Assembly (NCBI GenBank): GCA_964016885.1 | Contig: OZ024745.1 | Location: forward strand, 87,544,001-87,608,000 | Direction: 5' to 3' | Source: Eledone cirrhosa | Lineage: Eukaryota | Length of the DNA: 64,000 nt | Part shown: positions 13,309-25,813 of the stretch, in pieces | How positions within the stretch are numbered: the stretch's first letter is position 1 | How the letters are laid out: every line of letters begins with the position of its first letter | Translations under genes and position numbers: made by a program | The notes under the pieces: generated by a model | The model's input: the letters and a program-made list of their open reading frames with translations, nothing else | The model's database searches: none | Told to the model about the DNA's origin: nothing

Positions 13309-14700
13309 ATGGTTACGAAAAAGAATTTGCATAGGTCACTCCCACTCATTCCGTCTTCTTTTTCCTCAATCGTCACTACAGCAGAGAGAAGATTGTCTCT
13401 CCCCCTCCCTTCTTTAAATGTGTCTCTCTCCCTCCCTTCTCTTTCGCAAGCGACGAAAGAAAAGAAAAGTCTCGTGCAAAGCGTGCAAGGTTTCTCCACG
13501 ACGACGACGACAGCGACGAAACAGGTGTGCGGGAAATACGAAAACCCAGTTCATTCGTCTGACGTCAGGAATAATAGCAGTAGCAGCCGTAATAACAACA
13601 GCAACAGTGACAATGAAAACAACAGTAGCAGCCTCAACAGCATCACCAGCAGCATAAACAACAACAGCATTAGCAGCAGCAACACCAACAACAACCACAG
13701 CAACAGCGGCGGAGGCAGTAGTCGTAGTAACTGCAGCAACAACAAAAGTAACAGCAGCTCTGACGACAACAACAACAACAGCAGCAAAGAAAAACCAATC
13801 TCATTTGCAGGTATTGCGAAAAACATGGAAACAATCCTCATAACAAATGAGGAATTAGAGGAAGCGAAGAAGATGGTGACAAAGAATGGACACCGAGCAA
13901 TCTGCAAGGCAGCGGAAAACTTTTTCGAAACCCAACAGCACTGTACGGTCACGTACCGTACAGTAAGTACAAAATCCGGTAGGGTGGAAAGATCCACAGA
14001 GGCCCAAATACAAAAAGCCTTCGGGTCTGTGTGGCAGCGGAAGACGCACATCACCCGAGGCCAAAAATATGCCACCGTAGACGTACTTTTTGCCACACCC
14101 CAGGAGGCAAAGGCCCAATCCGTAGTGACCCTAAGGAGCGAGGAAATGGTGTTGGTGCCCTCCTACTGCGGGAAAAAAATTGTGAGGGTCAAACTGACCC
14201 ACGTCCCCCCGAGAATGGCCCCTTCTTGGCTGGCCACGTCTGTCCTCGTCGGAATCGAGGACGAAACAACTGTACTGCAAGTACAGAAAAAAGTAAGAGA
14301 AGATTGGGTCGGCACCTCCATTGAGATGCTAATCCAAACCAACCAGGAGTGCATCGAAGCTATCCCGGATGTGATAGACTTCGATAACGGCACTCGACTG
14401 CCCATAAGTGTTGAGGGCAAACGCCCGAAATGCTTTCGCTGTGGATCGAAGACTCACCCCAGGGCCTTCTGCAACGAGAAGACCCTGAGAAAGGAGAAAA
14501 CCCCCCTCCTTCCGAAACCGGCTCCACGGCTACCAGCAACAGGACAAGCGGCAACCAGGAACGATAGGTCCGTGGCACCCATACCCACGCCACGGAAATC
14601 AAAAACAGCAGCAACAGTGGAAATATTAACAACAACAACAGCAATACCAAATGCAGCTGCAACAGACTCCAGTGCAAACATCACCAACAACAACAAGTGA
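13309..14700 (+). pseudogene. Tx1-like ORF1 (gag-like, CCHC knuckle), C-terminally truncated
   Basis: Asn/Ser-rich N-terminus; CFRCGSKTHPRAFC = CX2CX4HX4C. Confidence 0.85.
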
Positions 14701-14711
14701 AAGAGTGGAGC

Positions 14712-15934
14712 AGGTCCTTGCCGTCCAACAGCGTCGTCGGACGCTGGACGGACGGACCGGTTAAATTGCTAGGGGTCTGGTTCGGTCCGGACCTCCAGAC
14801 GGACAAAAACTGGGACGAGGTGACGAGCAGGGTGGCTTCTCTCACCCAGAAATGGGCCGAGAGGAAGCTATCCCTGAAAGGTCGAGCGGAGGTGGCTAAC
14901 GCGTACATCGCGTCCGTCATCTGCTACCGCCTGACCATCGTACCTTGTCCTAAGCCTCGCCTGACTGCGCTGGAGCGTTTGCTCTTTCGCTTTTTGTGGA
15001 AGGGACGCGCTCCGATGGTTAGGCGGTCCATCTGTTGTCAACACCCGCTACGTGGAGGGCTGGGCATGCCGTGGCTGATGATGCGCAGGCATGCGCTCAG
15101 GCTACGGCATCTACACCTCTTCCTTGACGGTGATCAGGTGTGGTCGCCGTTTGCTAGACACGTGTTCCCCAGCTCGTTTCCTTGACAGGGCTGCAGTCCT
15201 GGGTCAAGCGAAGACCGAGAGGGAGCGCCTGGAGACTGGAATGTCTTCAGGCGCTCACAGCCCTCGACCAATCGGGCAATGTGATCGGTGGAAACTCCAC
15301 CTCGGCTTTCTATAGAGAATTAGTAGAGGGGAAGAGCGACGACGTACTTGGGGAAAATCTAGGCGTCGACGAAAATCAACTAGCCAATCTCTTCGGAAGA
15401 ACTTTCAGGCCAGGGCCTATGGACAACTTCCAGAAATCTCTGGCCTGGCAGTGCTACCGAGGAGCCTTGCCAGTTCGGGATAAACTCTACAGGCATGGAG
15501 GTGCCGTCAGCCGGGCATGTCCGAGATGCGCGCAGGGCGACGAAACCGTCCTGCACGCACTCGTCCAGTGTCCGAAAATTGCTGACTTGTGGGTTTATGT
15601 CGAACACCTGCTGTCGCGTTTAGGACGGATCCGGCTATCATCTGAGTCCATCGTGAGGATTGCCCCGCCCTCCTCCTTTAGCCGGGAAGGGCAGGCAGTT
15701 TTTATCTGTCTGGTGGCCATGGCGAAAGAGATAGTATGGTGGACACGTTTGAAAGGGCTGAAGACGAGCACTTACCTCTTCGGTGATGCTCTGATTGACT
15801 TTTTCAAATTTCATTTGAAAAGGAAAATCAGAGTAGAGAGGGAAGTGCTCTCTTCCCAGCATGTTGTTGAAAGATGGGTGAGAGAAGCAAGAATGGCCCG
15901 AGTGAATGGGCCTACTCTGAGCATATATCTGTAA
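14712..15934 (+). pseudogene. Tx1-like ORF2 C-terminal remnant
   Basis: VKLLGVWFG, GGLGMP, CPRCAQGDETVLHALVQC. Confidence 0.85.
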
Positions 15935-16183
15935 ATTAAAGGTGGAAAACTGGGAGAGGGCACTTGCCTTGGTGGTCAGGGTCATTGTGGCTTTTTTACT
16001 GGACTTTCTCCACAAATGTCCCTCCGAAGTCTCCCCCCTATTGGGGAATTTTTCATTGGTATTTTTTATTACATCCTCTGTTTTTGTTTTTTACACGCAG
16101 AAATGCCCATTTGTACCGCCTTGCATTGTCCTGCACTGTCCTTAATGTCTACTTTACGTAAACCCTTGTGGTTAATAAAGAAA

Positions 16184-16185
<2 letters not shown>

Positions 16186-16272
<87 letters not shown>
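16186..16272. repeat. (TTA)n microsatellite
   Basis: About 29 perfect TTA units. Confidence 0.97.
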
Positions 16273-18675
16273 GTTCTTTGAGTCTCAGTCATTGATATTA
16301 GTTAACTGGAAAGTTTGTTGAAATGAATATCAAGCCACTACCTGCAGCCTAAGATATTCAGGACGTATCAGAAGGTTCTTGCTGTTCCCAGCAAGCATGC
16401 CTTTTGAAGCGTTCCAAAAAGCGTGGCGGGGCCAATTTTCTTTAACCATCCCTGGAAACTTTTTGAGATAGTACCTAGTGCGCCTATGACAAATCCTTAT
16501 TACCTCCCACTTTAAGTCCTGGTATCGGTTAATGTTCTCCCTCTCCTTCTCTTGCACTCTCGTGTCGAATGGGCAGGCCACATCCACAATCAGGCACGCT
16601 CTTTTTTCCTTGTCCAAAACCACCAGGTCAGGTCTATTGCGTTCCAGTTTCTTGTCCGTCAGTATCCTAAAATCCCACAGCACCTTCACCTGATCATTTT
16701 CTATCACCCACTCTGGCTTATGCTCGTACCACTTCTCAGAATGTGGTAAATTGTTTACTTTGCATAGGTGTCAGTGGATCACCCTGCCCATCTCATCATG
16801 TCTCGAGCCCTTATAGTGAGTCTGGGCTAGGGGCTTACACTCGGATACAATGTGAGCCACAGTCTCCTCTCTCTCTCTCTCCACATATCCTGCACAGTGG
16901 GCTAGCCTCCTCCTTGTAAATATGGTGTTTCAACCACTTCGTTTTGAGGGCCTGCTCTTGTGCAGCCATTAGCATTCCTTCTGTAGCCTTTTTATGTTCT
17001 CCTCTTTTCAACCAGTTCCATGTCTGTGGATCTCTGAATTCAGTTTTCTCAAATAAGGTACTATGAAGGGATATTTCATGACGGCTGCTCTTTCTCCTTG
17101 TTGTTATTTCCTCCTTGGACATCCCCTGGTATATTGTCCTCTTCTTGAGTACAATTCTGAGCATTGGCTCCTTACTATCAGTCACGTATTTGTGTAGGTT
17201 GTTTTTCTCCATCTTAACACAGTCCTCTAGGTTGATAAGACCTCTTCCACCTTCAGATCTCCTTAAGTAGAGTCTATCGACATCACTCCTCTTGTGGAAC
17301 ATGTTGTAGGTAGTCAATAGCTTCCTAGTCTTCCTATCCATTTCTTTTTGTTCAGCAACATTCCATCTCAGAATTCCCGCACTGTACCTAATAATAGACA
17401 CAGCTCGGGTATTTACTGCACTTATGGCATTCCTACTGTTCAGATGTGACTTTAATATGCTCCTTACTCTCCGAATGTATTCAGATCTTATCAATTCCTT
17501 CATATTTTTTTCCTCTTGATGTCATCAGCCTCCAGAACACCCAAATACTTGTATCCTTCTTCAGTGTCAATTTCCTTTATCATCTCACCTGTTGGTACCC
17601 GGATTCCGTTGCTTCTGCTCAATTTACCCCTCTTCATCACAAGGACTCCACACTTACTAATACCAAATTGCATAAATATATAATTGCTGAAAATACGGAC
17701 AGTGTCAACAAGCACATCCAACTCATTCTCACTCTTCCCGAAGAGCTTAAGATCGTCCATGAAGAGGAGGTGATTGATGGTAAGCTCTCCCTTTCCCAAC
17801 TTGTATCCTGCTCTCACTTTTCGCTGTATAATGGTCAGGGGCATCAGGGCAAGGACAAACAACAGAGGGGACAGACTATCTCCCTGGAAGATACCTCTCT
17901 TGATCTTCACGCCTCCCAAGGATTCTTCAGCTGATGTTAACTCTGTTTTCCAGGACTTCATACTTTTGCCCAACAACTGTCTGATGTTATCTGCCACCTT
18001 GAAGATCTCTAGGCTTTTGGTGATCCAAGAATGAGGGACCATGTCAAATGTCTTTTTGTAGTCTATCCATCCCATGGCAAGACCAGTGTGTCTCCGCTTG
18101 CAATTCCTCATTAGCATCTTATCAATAAGTAACTTGTCCTTTGCACCACGGGACTTCTTTCGGCATCCTTTCTGTTCGTCCGGTAACAAGTTGTTTGTGT
18201 AGAGGTGATGGTAGATTTCCTCAAACATAATGCTTATCAACAGTTTCCACATTACGGACAGACATCGGATAGGTCTATAGTTGGTAACAACATTACCCTT
18301 GATTCTGTCGTTCATTACCAGAACTGTGGTACCTTTTGTCAACCACTCTGGTACCTCACCTGACATCAAGCAGTCATTGAACATGGTTGTCAGTTTCGGT
18401 TGGAGGGATGTTATATTTTTAATCCAATACCCCTGCACACCATCTAAGCCTGGTGATTTCCAGTTGGTTAGTTTTTTGGCCTGCTCCTTAAGAATTTCAA
18501 CTCTGATACTCAAATCAGTTTGTTGGTGTGCCTGTTCACAGATCTCCTTTTGTACTGTCTCAATCCACACTTCCTGGTCATTATTTTTAACATCCTGCTC
18601 CCATATTCCTCTCCAGAATGTTTTAGTTTGTTCCGCCTCAGGGATCAAGTCGTTGTCTCTTTCTTTCCCTTCAAG
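16273..18675 (-). mobile_element. R4/Dong-like family A, 5'-truncated (RT, CCHC, RLE)
   Basis: ORFs 17500-18831 (FMDD), 16835-17503 and 16330-16707 (RPDLVV); (TTA)n on both sides. Confidence 0.92.
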
Positions 18676-18721
18676 TATTATTATTATTATTATTCCCTTA
18701 TTATTATTATTATTATTATTA

Positions 18722-20761
18722 CAGTTGGATTTATCTTGCTTTATGTTCATATGAGTTATCAGCAAGTCACAACCAGTAACCTCAAGAGACAACAAGGTCC
18801 GCCATGTTCTAGGAAGAACATACATACTCACACATGCATCTTTAGTGTTTAGACTTGTGATGTACTTATTTTGATAGAATCTTCCTTAGTATATGGGCAG
18901 TTCCCATCTTTTGTATTTCTCCTATACGCGGGTTTCCTGGGATTTGCGATAAGTAATCATTAGACTCCTAAGGTATCATTCCTAGAGCGCCTACAACCAC
19001 TGGTATTGTTTTAGTTCTCAATTTCCACATTTTTCTAGTTTCTATCTCCAGGTCCTTATAATTGCTCAATTTTTCAAATGTTTTTATAGATACATTCTTG
19101 TCTATTGGAAAGGACATATCAATTAGCAGGCATACCCTCTTTTTAAACTCCTTCAATATTATATCAGGTCTATTTGCATCTATTTTTCAGTCTGTTTGGA
19201 TGCTAAATTTCCACAAAATTGAGATGTGATCTTTCTCAAGTATGTAAGGTGGTTGATGCTCCCACCAATACTGTTGATGGGGCAGGTCAAAATGCTTACA
19301 CATTATCCAATGTATGTATTGTGCAGCTCTGTCATGCCTGTTTAGGTATTCGGTTGGAGCTATAGGACTGCACATTGAAATTATATGGTCAATGGTCTCT
19401 GGTTCTTTTTTACATACACGGCATAATGGGCTGCATCCATTTTTTATTATCTTGGCTTGGTAATTTTTTGTTGGCAGACACTGATCTTGTGCTGATATAA
19501 CCAGTCCTTCAGTCTCCGATTTCAGTCCAGAGGATGCCAACCCCTGATGGGTTAAAGTTTTGTCAACATCAGGATTGTTAGCTCGCTCTGGGTATTTTCC
19601 ATACAGAGGCTTTTCTTGCCATTTCTTAGCCAGTTTCTGTAGCAGTTCTTTCTTTGCAGTTACTTTTACCTGCTTTGCTTTTTCTGTGTTTTCCATTTCA
19701 GCAGTAAATGGGACTTCTGAAATTTGTAGTCCATTACTGTATCTTTGTGCATCTTTTGTAATGGAATATGATCTTTTGATGCTTTCGTGTTTCAAAACGA
19801 GTTTGATCATCCAATCATGTGATTCCCTTAGATATGTAGATAATCCAATTGTTGCAGTTTTCAACGCAATGTCTAACTGGATTAACCCACGTCCTCCTTC
19901 TTTCCTAGGGAGATATATTCTATCTGTATCTGCCTTAGGGTGATGCATTCTGTGCATGGTTAAGAATTTTCGAATTTTTGTATCGAGCCTACGGATCTCT
20001 GTGCTTGACCAGTTGATGACATTATAACTGTAGTTTACTACTGGTATGGCAAGCGTGTTTATGGCATCGATCCTATTCCTTGCATTCAATTCCGTTCTTA
20101 AGATTGCTCTTACTCTGCGGTAACATTCCTTCCTTATGCTTTCCCTCATTGTCGAGTGCTTGATTCTGTCTCCTTCACAAACACCTAGATATTTGTAAGT
20201 TTCCTCTTGATCAAGTTCTCTTATCACATTCCCCCGATCAAGATTAATGTCTGAACTTTTCAGCTGCTTTCCTCTGGTGAACGTTGCTTTGGCGCATGTA
20301 TCTAGTCCAAACTCCATTTTAATGTCATCACTGAACTGCTCCAGAGTGGATAATATCCGTTGCAATTGTTCATCATTTTTTACAAATAGTTTCAGGTCAT
20401 CCATGTAGAACAAGTGATTAATGGTTTTGTCATAGACTTTATATCCATGTTTTGTTTCATTGAGCATTTTACTTAATGGTATAAGTGCGATGCAGAATAA
20501 AAGCGGTGATAAAGAGTCACCCTGAAAAATTCCACAATTAATATTAACTTCTCCAGCTTCCAGTGATTTTGTTTCACTATTCAAAAGGAGTGTCGTTTTC
20601 CATGTCTTCATACTGAATGACAAAAACCTCCTGACAACGGGAGATATTTTGAAAATCTCTAAACTTTTTTCAATCCAACTGTGTGGCAAACTATCGAATG
20701 CTTTTTTATAATCTATCCAAGCAATTGATAGATTTTTGTGTCTATTATGACAATCTTCCAG
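18722..20761 (-). mobile_element. R4/Dong-like family B (duplicate of 904-2943)
   Basis: ORF 19187-20797 RT + CCHC; RLE remnant 18968-19156. Confidence 0.92.
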
Positions 20762-20778
20762 TATTATTATTATTATTA

Positions 20779-21718
20779 CTCTTTGAGTCTCAGTCATTGA
20801 TGTTAGTTAACTCGAAAGTTTGTTGAAATGAATATCAAGCCACTACCTGCAGCCTCAGATATTCAGGACGTATCGGAGGGTTCTTGCTGTTCCCAGCAAG
20901 CATGCCTTTTAAAGCGTTCTAAAAAGCGTGAAGGGGCCAATTTTCTTTAACCATCCCTGGAAACTTTTTGAGTTAGTCCCTAGTGCGCCTATGACAATCG
21001 GGATCACTTTCACTTCATGGCAGTTCCAAATCCTTTTAACCTCCCACTTTAAGTCCTGGTATCGGTTAATTTTCTCCCTCTCCTTCTCTTGCACTCTTGT
21101 GTCGAATGGGCAGGCCACATCCACAATCAGGCACGATCTTTTTTCTTTGTCCACAACCACCAGGTCAGGTCTATTGTGTTCCAGTTTCTTGTCGGTCTGT
21201 ATCCTAAAATCCCACAGCACCTTCACCTGATCGTTTTCTATCACCGCCTCTGGCTTATGCTCATACTACTTCTCAGAATGTGGTAAATTGTTTACTTTGC
21301 ATAGGTGCCAGTGGATCACCCTGCCCATCACATCATGTTTCCAGCTCTTATAGTGAGTCTGGCCTAGGTGTTTACACTCGGATACAATGTGAGCCACAGT
21401 CTCCTCTCTCTCTCCACATATCCTGCACAGTGGGCTAGCCTCCTCCTTGTAAATATGGTGTTTCAACCACTTCGTTTTGAGGGCCTGCTCCTGCACAGCC
21501 ATTAACATTCCTTCTGTAGCCTTTTTAAGGTCTCCTCTTTTCAACCAGTTCCATGTCAGTGGATCTCTAAATTCAGTTTTCTCAAAGAAGGTACTATGAA
21601 GGGATTTTTCATGAAGAATGCTCTTTCTCGTTGAGGTTATTTCCTCCTTGGACATCCCCTGGCCTATTGTCCCCTCCTTCAGTACAGTTCTGAGCATTGG
21701 CTACTTACTATCAGTCAC
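20779..21718 (-). mobile_element. R4/Dong-like family A 3' fragment (duplicate of 2961-3900)
   Basis: ORFs 20909-21244 and 21266-21697 translate identically to the first copy. Confidence 0.92.
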
Positions 21719-21737
21719 ATTATTATTATTATTATTA

Positions 21738-23411
21738 CAGTTGCATTTATCTTGCTTTATGTTCATACGAGTTATCACCAAGTCACTACCAGTGACCTCA
21801 AGAGACAACAAGGTCCGCCATGTTCAAGAAAGAACATACATATTCACACATGCATCTTTAGTGTTTAGACTTGTGATATACTTATATTGACAGAATCTTC
21901 CTTAGTATATGGGCAGTTCCCATTAGTACTATCTTTTGTATTTCTCCTATACGCGGGTTTCCTGGGATTTGCGATAAGTAATCATTAGACCCCTTAGGTA
22001 TCATTCCCAGAGCGCCTACAACCACTGGTATTGTTTTAGTTCTCAATTTCCACATTTTTCCAATTTCTATCTCCAGGTCCTTATACTTGCTCAATTTTTC
22101 AAATGTTTTTATAGATACATTCTTGTCTATTGGAACAGACATATCAATTAGCAGGCATACCCTCTTTTGAAAGTCCTTCAATATTATATCAGGTCTATTT
22201 GCATCTATTTTTCGGTCTGTTTGGATGCTAAAGTTCCACAAGATTTAGATGTGATCTTTTTCAAGTATGGGAGGTGGTTGATGCTCCCACCAATTCTTTT
22301 GATGGGGCAGGTCAAGTTTTGTCAACATCAGGATTGTTAGCTCGCTCTGGGTATTTTCCATACAGAGGCTTTTCTTGCCATTTCTTAGCCAGTTTCTGTA
22401 GCAGTTCTTTCTTTGCAGTTACTTTTACCTGCTTTGCTTTTTCTGTGTTTTCCATTTCAGCAGTAAATGGGACTTCTGAAATTTGTAGTCCATTACTGTA
22501 TCTTTGTGCATCTTTTGTAATGGAATATGATCTTTTGATGCTTTCGTGTTTCAAAACGAGTTTGATCATCCAATCATGTGATTCCCTTAGATATGTAGAT
22601 AATCCAATTGTTGCAGTTTTCAATGAAATGTCTAACTGGATTAACCCACGTCCTCCTTCTTTCCTCGGGAGATATATTCTATCTATATCTGCCTTAGGGT
22701 GATGCATTCTGTGCATGGTCAAGAATTTTCGAATTTTTGTATCGAGCCTACGGATCTCTGTGCTTGACATTGTAACTGTAGGTTACTACTGGTATGGCAA
22801 GCGTGTTTATGGCATCGATCCTATTCCTTGCATTCAATTCCGTTCTTAAGATTGCTCTTACTCTGCGGTAACATTCCTTCCTTATCCTTTCCCTCATTGT
22901 CGAGTGCTTGATTCCGTCTCCTTCACAAACACCTAGATATTTGTAGGTTTTTTCTTGATCAAGTTCTCTTATCACGTTCCCCCGATCAAGATTAATGTCT
23001 GAACTCTTCAGCAGCTTTCCTCTGGTGAACGTTGCTTTGGCGCATTTATCTAGTCCAAACTCCATTTTAATGTCATCACTGAACTGCTTCACAGTGGATA
23101 ATAGCCCTTGCAATTGTTCATCATTTTTTGCAAATAGTTTCAGGTCATCCATGTAGAACAGGTGATTAATGGTTTTGTCATAGACTCTATATCCATGTTT
23201 TGTTTCATTAAACATTTTACTTAATGGTATAAGTGCGATGCAGAATAAAAGCGGTGATAAAGAGTCACCCTGAAAAATTCCACAATTAATATTAACTTCT
23301 CCAGCTTCCAGTGATTTTGTTTCACTATTCAAAAGGAGTGTCGTTTTCCATGTCTTCATACTGAATGACAAAAACCTCCTGACAACGGGGGATACTTTGA
23401 AGATCTCTAAA

Positions 23412-23412
<1 letters not shown>
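21738..23412 (-). mobile_element. R4/Dong-like family B, 5'-truncated, internally deleted
   Basis: ORFs 21882-22241 (RLE), 22312-22770 and 22748-23371 (YMDD). Confidence 0.92.

Positions 23413-23472
<60 letters not shown>
23413..23472. repeat. (TTA)n microsatellite
   Basis: About 20 perfect units. Confidence 0.97.
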
Positions 23473-23689
23473 GAATGCTATGGTTGACGGAGGCTCGGCT
23501 CTGTAAGGTACTGTAAATTTTGAACGCTATAACAATTGTAAATTGTTTAAAACTTAGACCAACTTGTAGACAAAAACACCCTCCTCCTCGTGAGAGGGGT
23601 CTTTCTGCCCGTTATTTGGCCCTTCGGGGTTAAATAACTGCTTATTGGGGTTTTGTACCCAATATTTATTTTAAACAAAAAAAAACAAC

Positions 23690-25778
23690 ATGGCTACGAA
23701 AAAGAATTTGCAGAGGTCACTCCCACTCATTCCGTCTTCTTCTTCCTCAATCATCACTACAGCAGAGAGAAGATTGTCTCTCTCCCTCCCTTCTTTAAAT
23801 GTGTCTCTCTCCCTCCCTTCTCTTTCGCAAGCGACGAAAGAAAAGAAAAGTCTCGTGCAAAGCGGTGCAAGGTTTCTCCACGACGACGACGCCAGCGACG
23901 AAACAGGTGTGCGGGAAATACGAAAACCCAGTTCATTCGTCTGACGTCAGGAATAATAGCAGTAGCAGCCGTAATAACAACAGCAACAGTGACAATGAAA
24001 ACAACAGTAGCAGCCGCAACAGCATCACCAGCAGCATAAACAACAACAGCATTAGCAGCAGCAACACCAACAACAACCACAGCAACAGCGGCGAAGGCAG
24101 TAGTCGTAGTACCTGCTGCAACAACAAAAGTAACAGTAGCTCTGACGACAACAACAACAACAGCAGCAAAGAAAAACCAATCTCATTTGCAGGTATTGCG
24201 AAAAACTTGGAAACAATCCTCATAACAAATGAGAAATTAGAGGAAGCGAAGAAGATGGTGGCAAAGAATGGACACCGAGCAATCTGCAAGGCAGCGGAAA
24301 AATGTTTCGAAACCCAACAGCACTGTACGGTCACGTACCGTACAGTAAGTACAACATTCCGTAGGGTGGAAAGAGCCACAGAGGCCCAAATACAAAAAGC
24401 CTTGGGGTCTGTGTGACAGCGGAAAACGCACATCACCCGAGGCCAAAAATATGCCACCGTAGACGTACTTTTTGCCACACCCCAGGAGGCAATGGCCCAA
24501 TCCGTAGTGACCCTAAGGAGCTAGGAAATGGTGTTGGTGCCCTCCTACTGCGGGCAAAAAATTGTGAGGGTCAAACTGACCCACGTTCCCCCCGGGATGG
24601 CCCCTTCTTGGCTGGCCGCGTCTGTCCTCGTCGGAATCGAGGACAAAACAACTGTACTGCAAGTACAGAAAAAAGTAAGAGAAGATTGGGTCGGCACCTC
24701 CATTGAGATGCTAATCCAAACCAACCAGGAGTGCATCGAAGCTATCCCGGATGTGATAGACTTCTATAACGGCACTCAACTGCCCATAAGTGTTGAGGGA
24801 AAACGCCCGAAATGCTTTCGCTGTGGAGCGAAGACTCACCTCAGGGCCTTCTGCAACGAGAAGACTCTGAGAAAGGAGAAAACCCCCCTCCTTCCGAAAC
24901 CGGCTCCACGGCTACCAGCAACAGGACAAGCGGCAACGAGGAACGATAGGTCCGTGGCACCCATACCCACGCCACGGAAATCAAAAACAGCAGCAGCAGT
25001 GGAAATATTAACAACAACAACAGCAATACCAAATGCAGCTGCAACAGAGACTCCAGTGCAAACATCACCAACAACAACAAGTGAAAGAGTGGAGCTGGTA
25101 CCCCTCCCCGACCTCACAGAATCAGACATGGAGTGTGAGGTGGGAGAGAGATGGCAAAAGGTCGTAAGAAGGCACAAACGCAGAAGCAGCGCATCGTCGC
25201 CTTTGAAAGGGGAGGAAAGAAATGAGAAAAGGGTAAAGTCTACTGCAAAGAGACCCACAGCAGCAACACCACCAACACCATCACCACCTACACTACCACC
25301 ACCAACCCCACCGCCAACAACACCTTCAACACCACCACCACAAGCACCAACATCGCAAACACAACAACAAAACACACACACCCAGCAACAACGACAAGAA
25401 AATAGCAGATCCACACCGCACCCCCAAAAAAACAAATGCACGGCAATAAATACACACAACAAGAAACTAATGACTTACATAATTGAACACACAGACATTT
25501 CACAACAGGACTACATAATACCAGCACCAATCAAAACGCCAACTAACATAAGACTGCTAAAAATAGCACAGAAACAATACACAAACATTAAAACGAAATT
25601 CCCCAACGCAGTTGGTGATTTCAGGGACCTAGGAGGAACTATCAATCGAAGAGTATATTCAGACATTCTCACAGAAGAGCCGACGACCAGCCGAAGGGAC
25701 GATTCAGTGGTCCTTTCACCAGACGATCAAGTGAAAAGGGATGTAAAAACCATCCCTCCTCTACCAAAAGTACGGTAA
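23690..25778 (+). pseudogene. Tx1-like ORF1 (frameshift and two stops)
   Basis: MATKK start; CFRCGAKTHLRAFC; Pro/Thr-rich tail. Confidence 0.87.
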
Positions 25779-25813
25779 GTGGTCTTTCCCATCTTTTCCA
25801 CTCCATTTTAAAC

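Larger units (their letters stand above)
13094..16185 (+). mobile_element. L1-Tx1-like element copy 1, both ends intact, ~2.9 kb internal deletion
   Basis: Same 5' end (gaatgctatggttgacg) and 3' end (aataaagaaatc + TTA) as copies 2 and 3; the junction at ~14711 joins the equivalents of 25095 and 28010. Confidence 0.92.
17819..23412. repeat. Near-identical direct duplication of 1-5870 (offset 17818)
   Basis: Identical junctions and ORFs (463-936 = 18281-18754; 1369-2979 = 19187-20797 with 2 aa changes); second copy has ~270 bp and 9 bp deletions. Confidence 0.95.

Noticed and set aside
13551-14096. Leu/Val-rich antisense ORFs over Tx1 ORF1 and similar shadows over RT genes
   Set aside because: Reverse-strand shadows of Asn/Ser/Thr codon runs; no independent motifs
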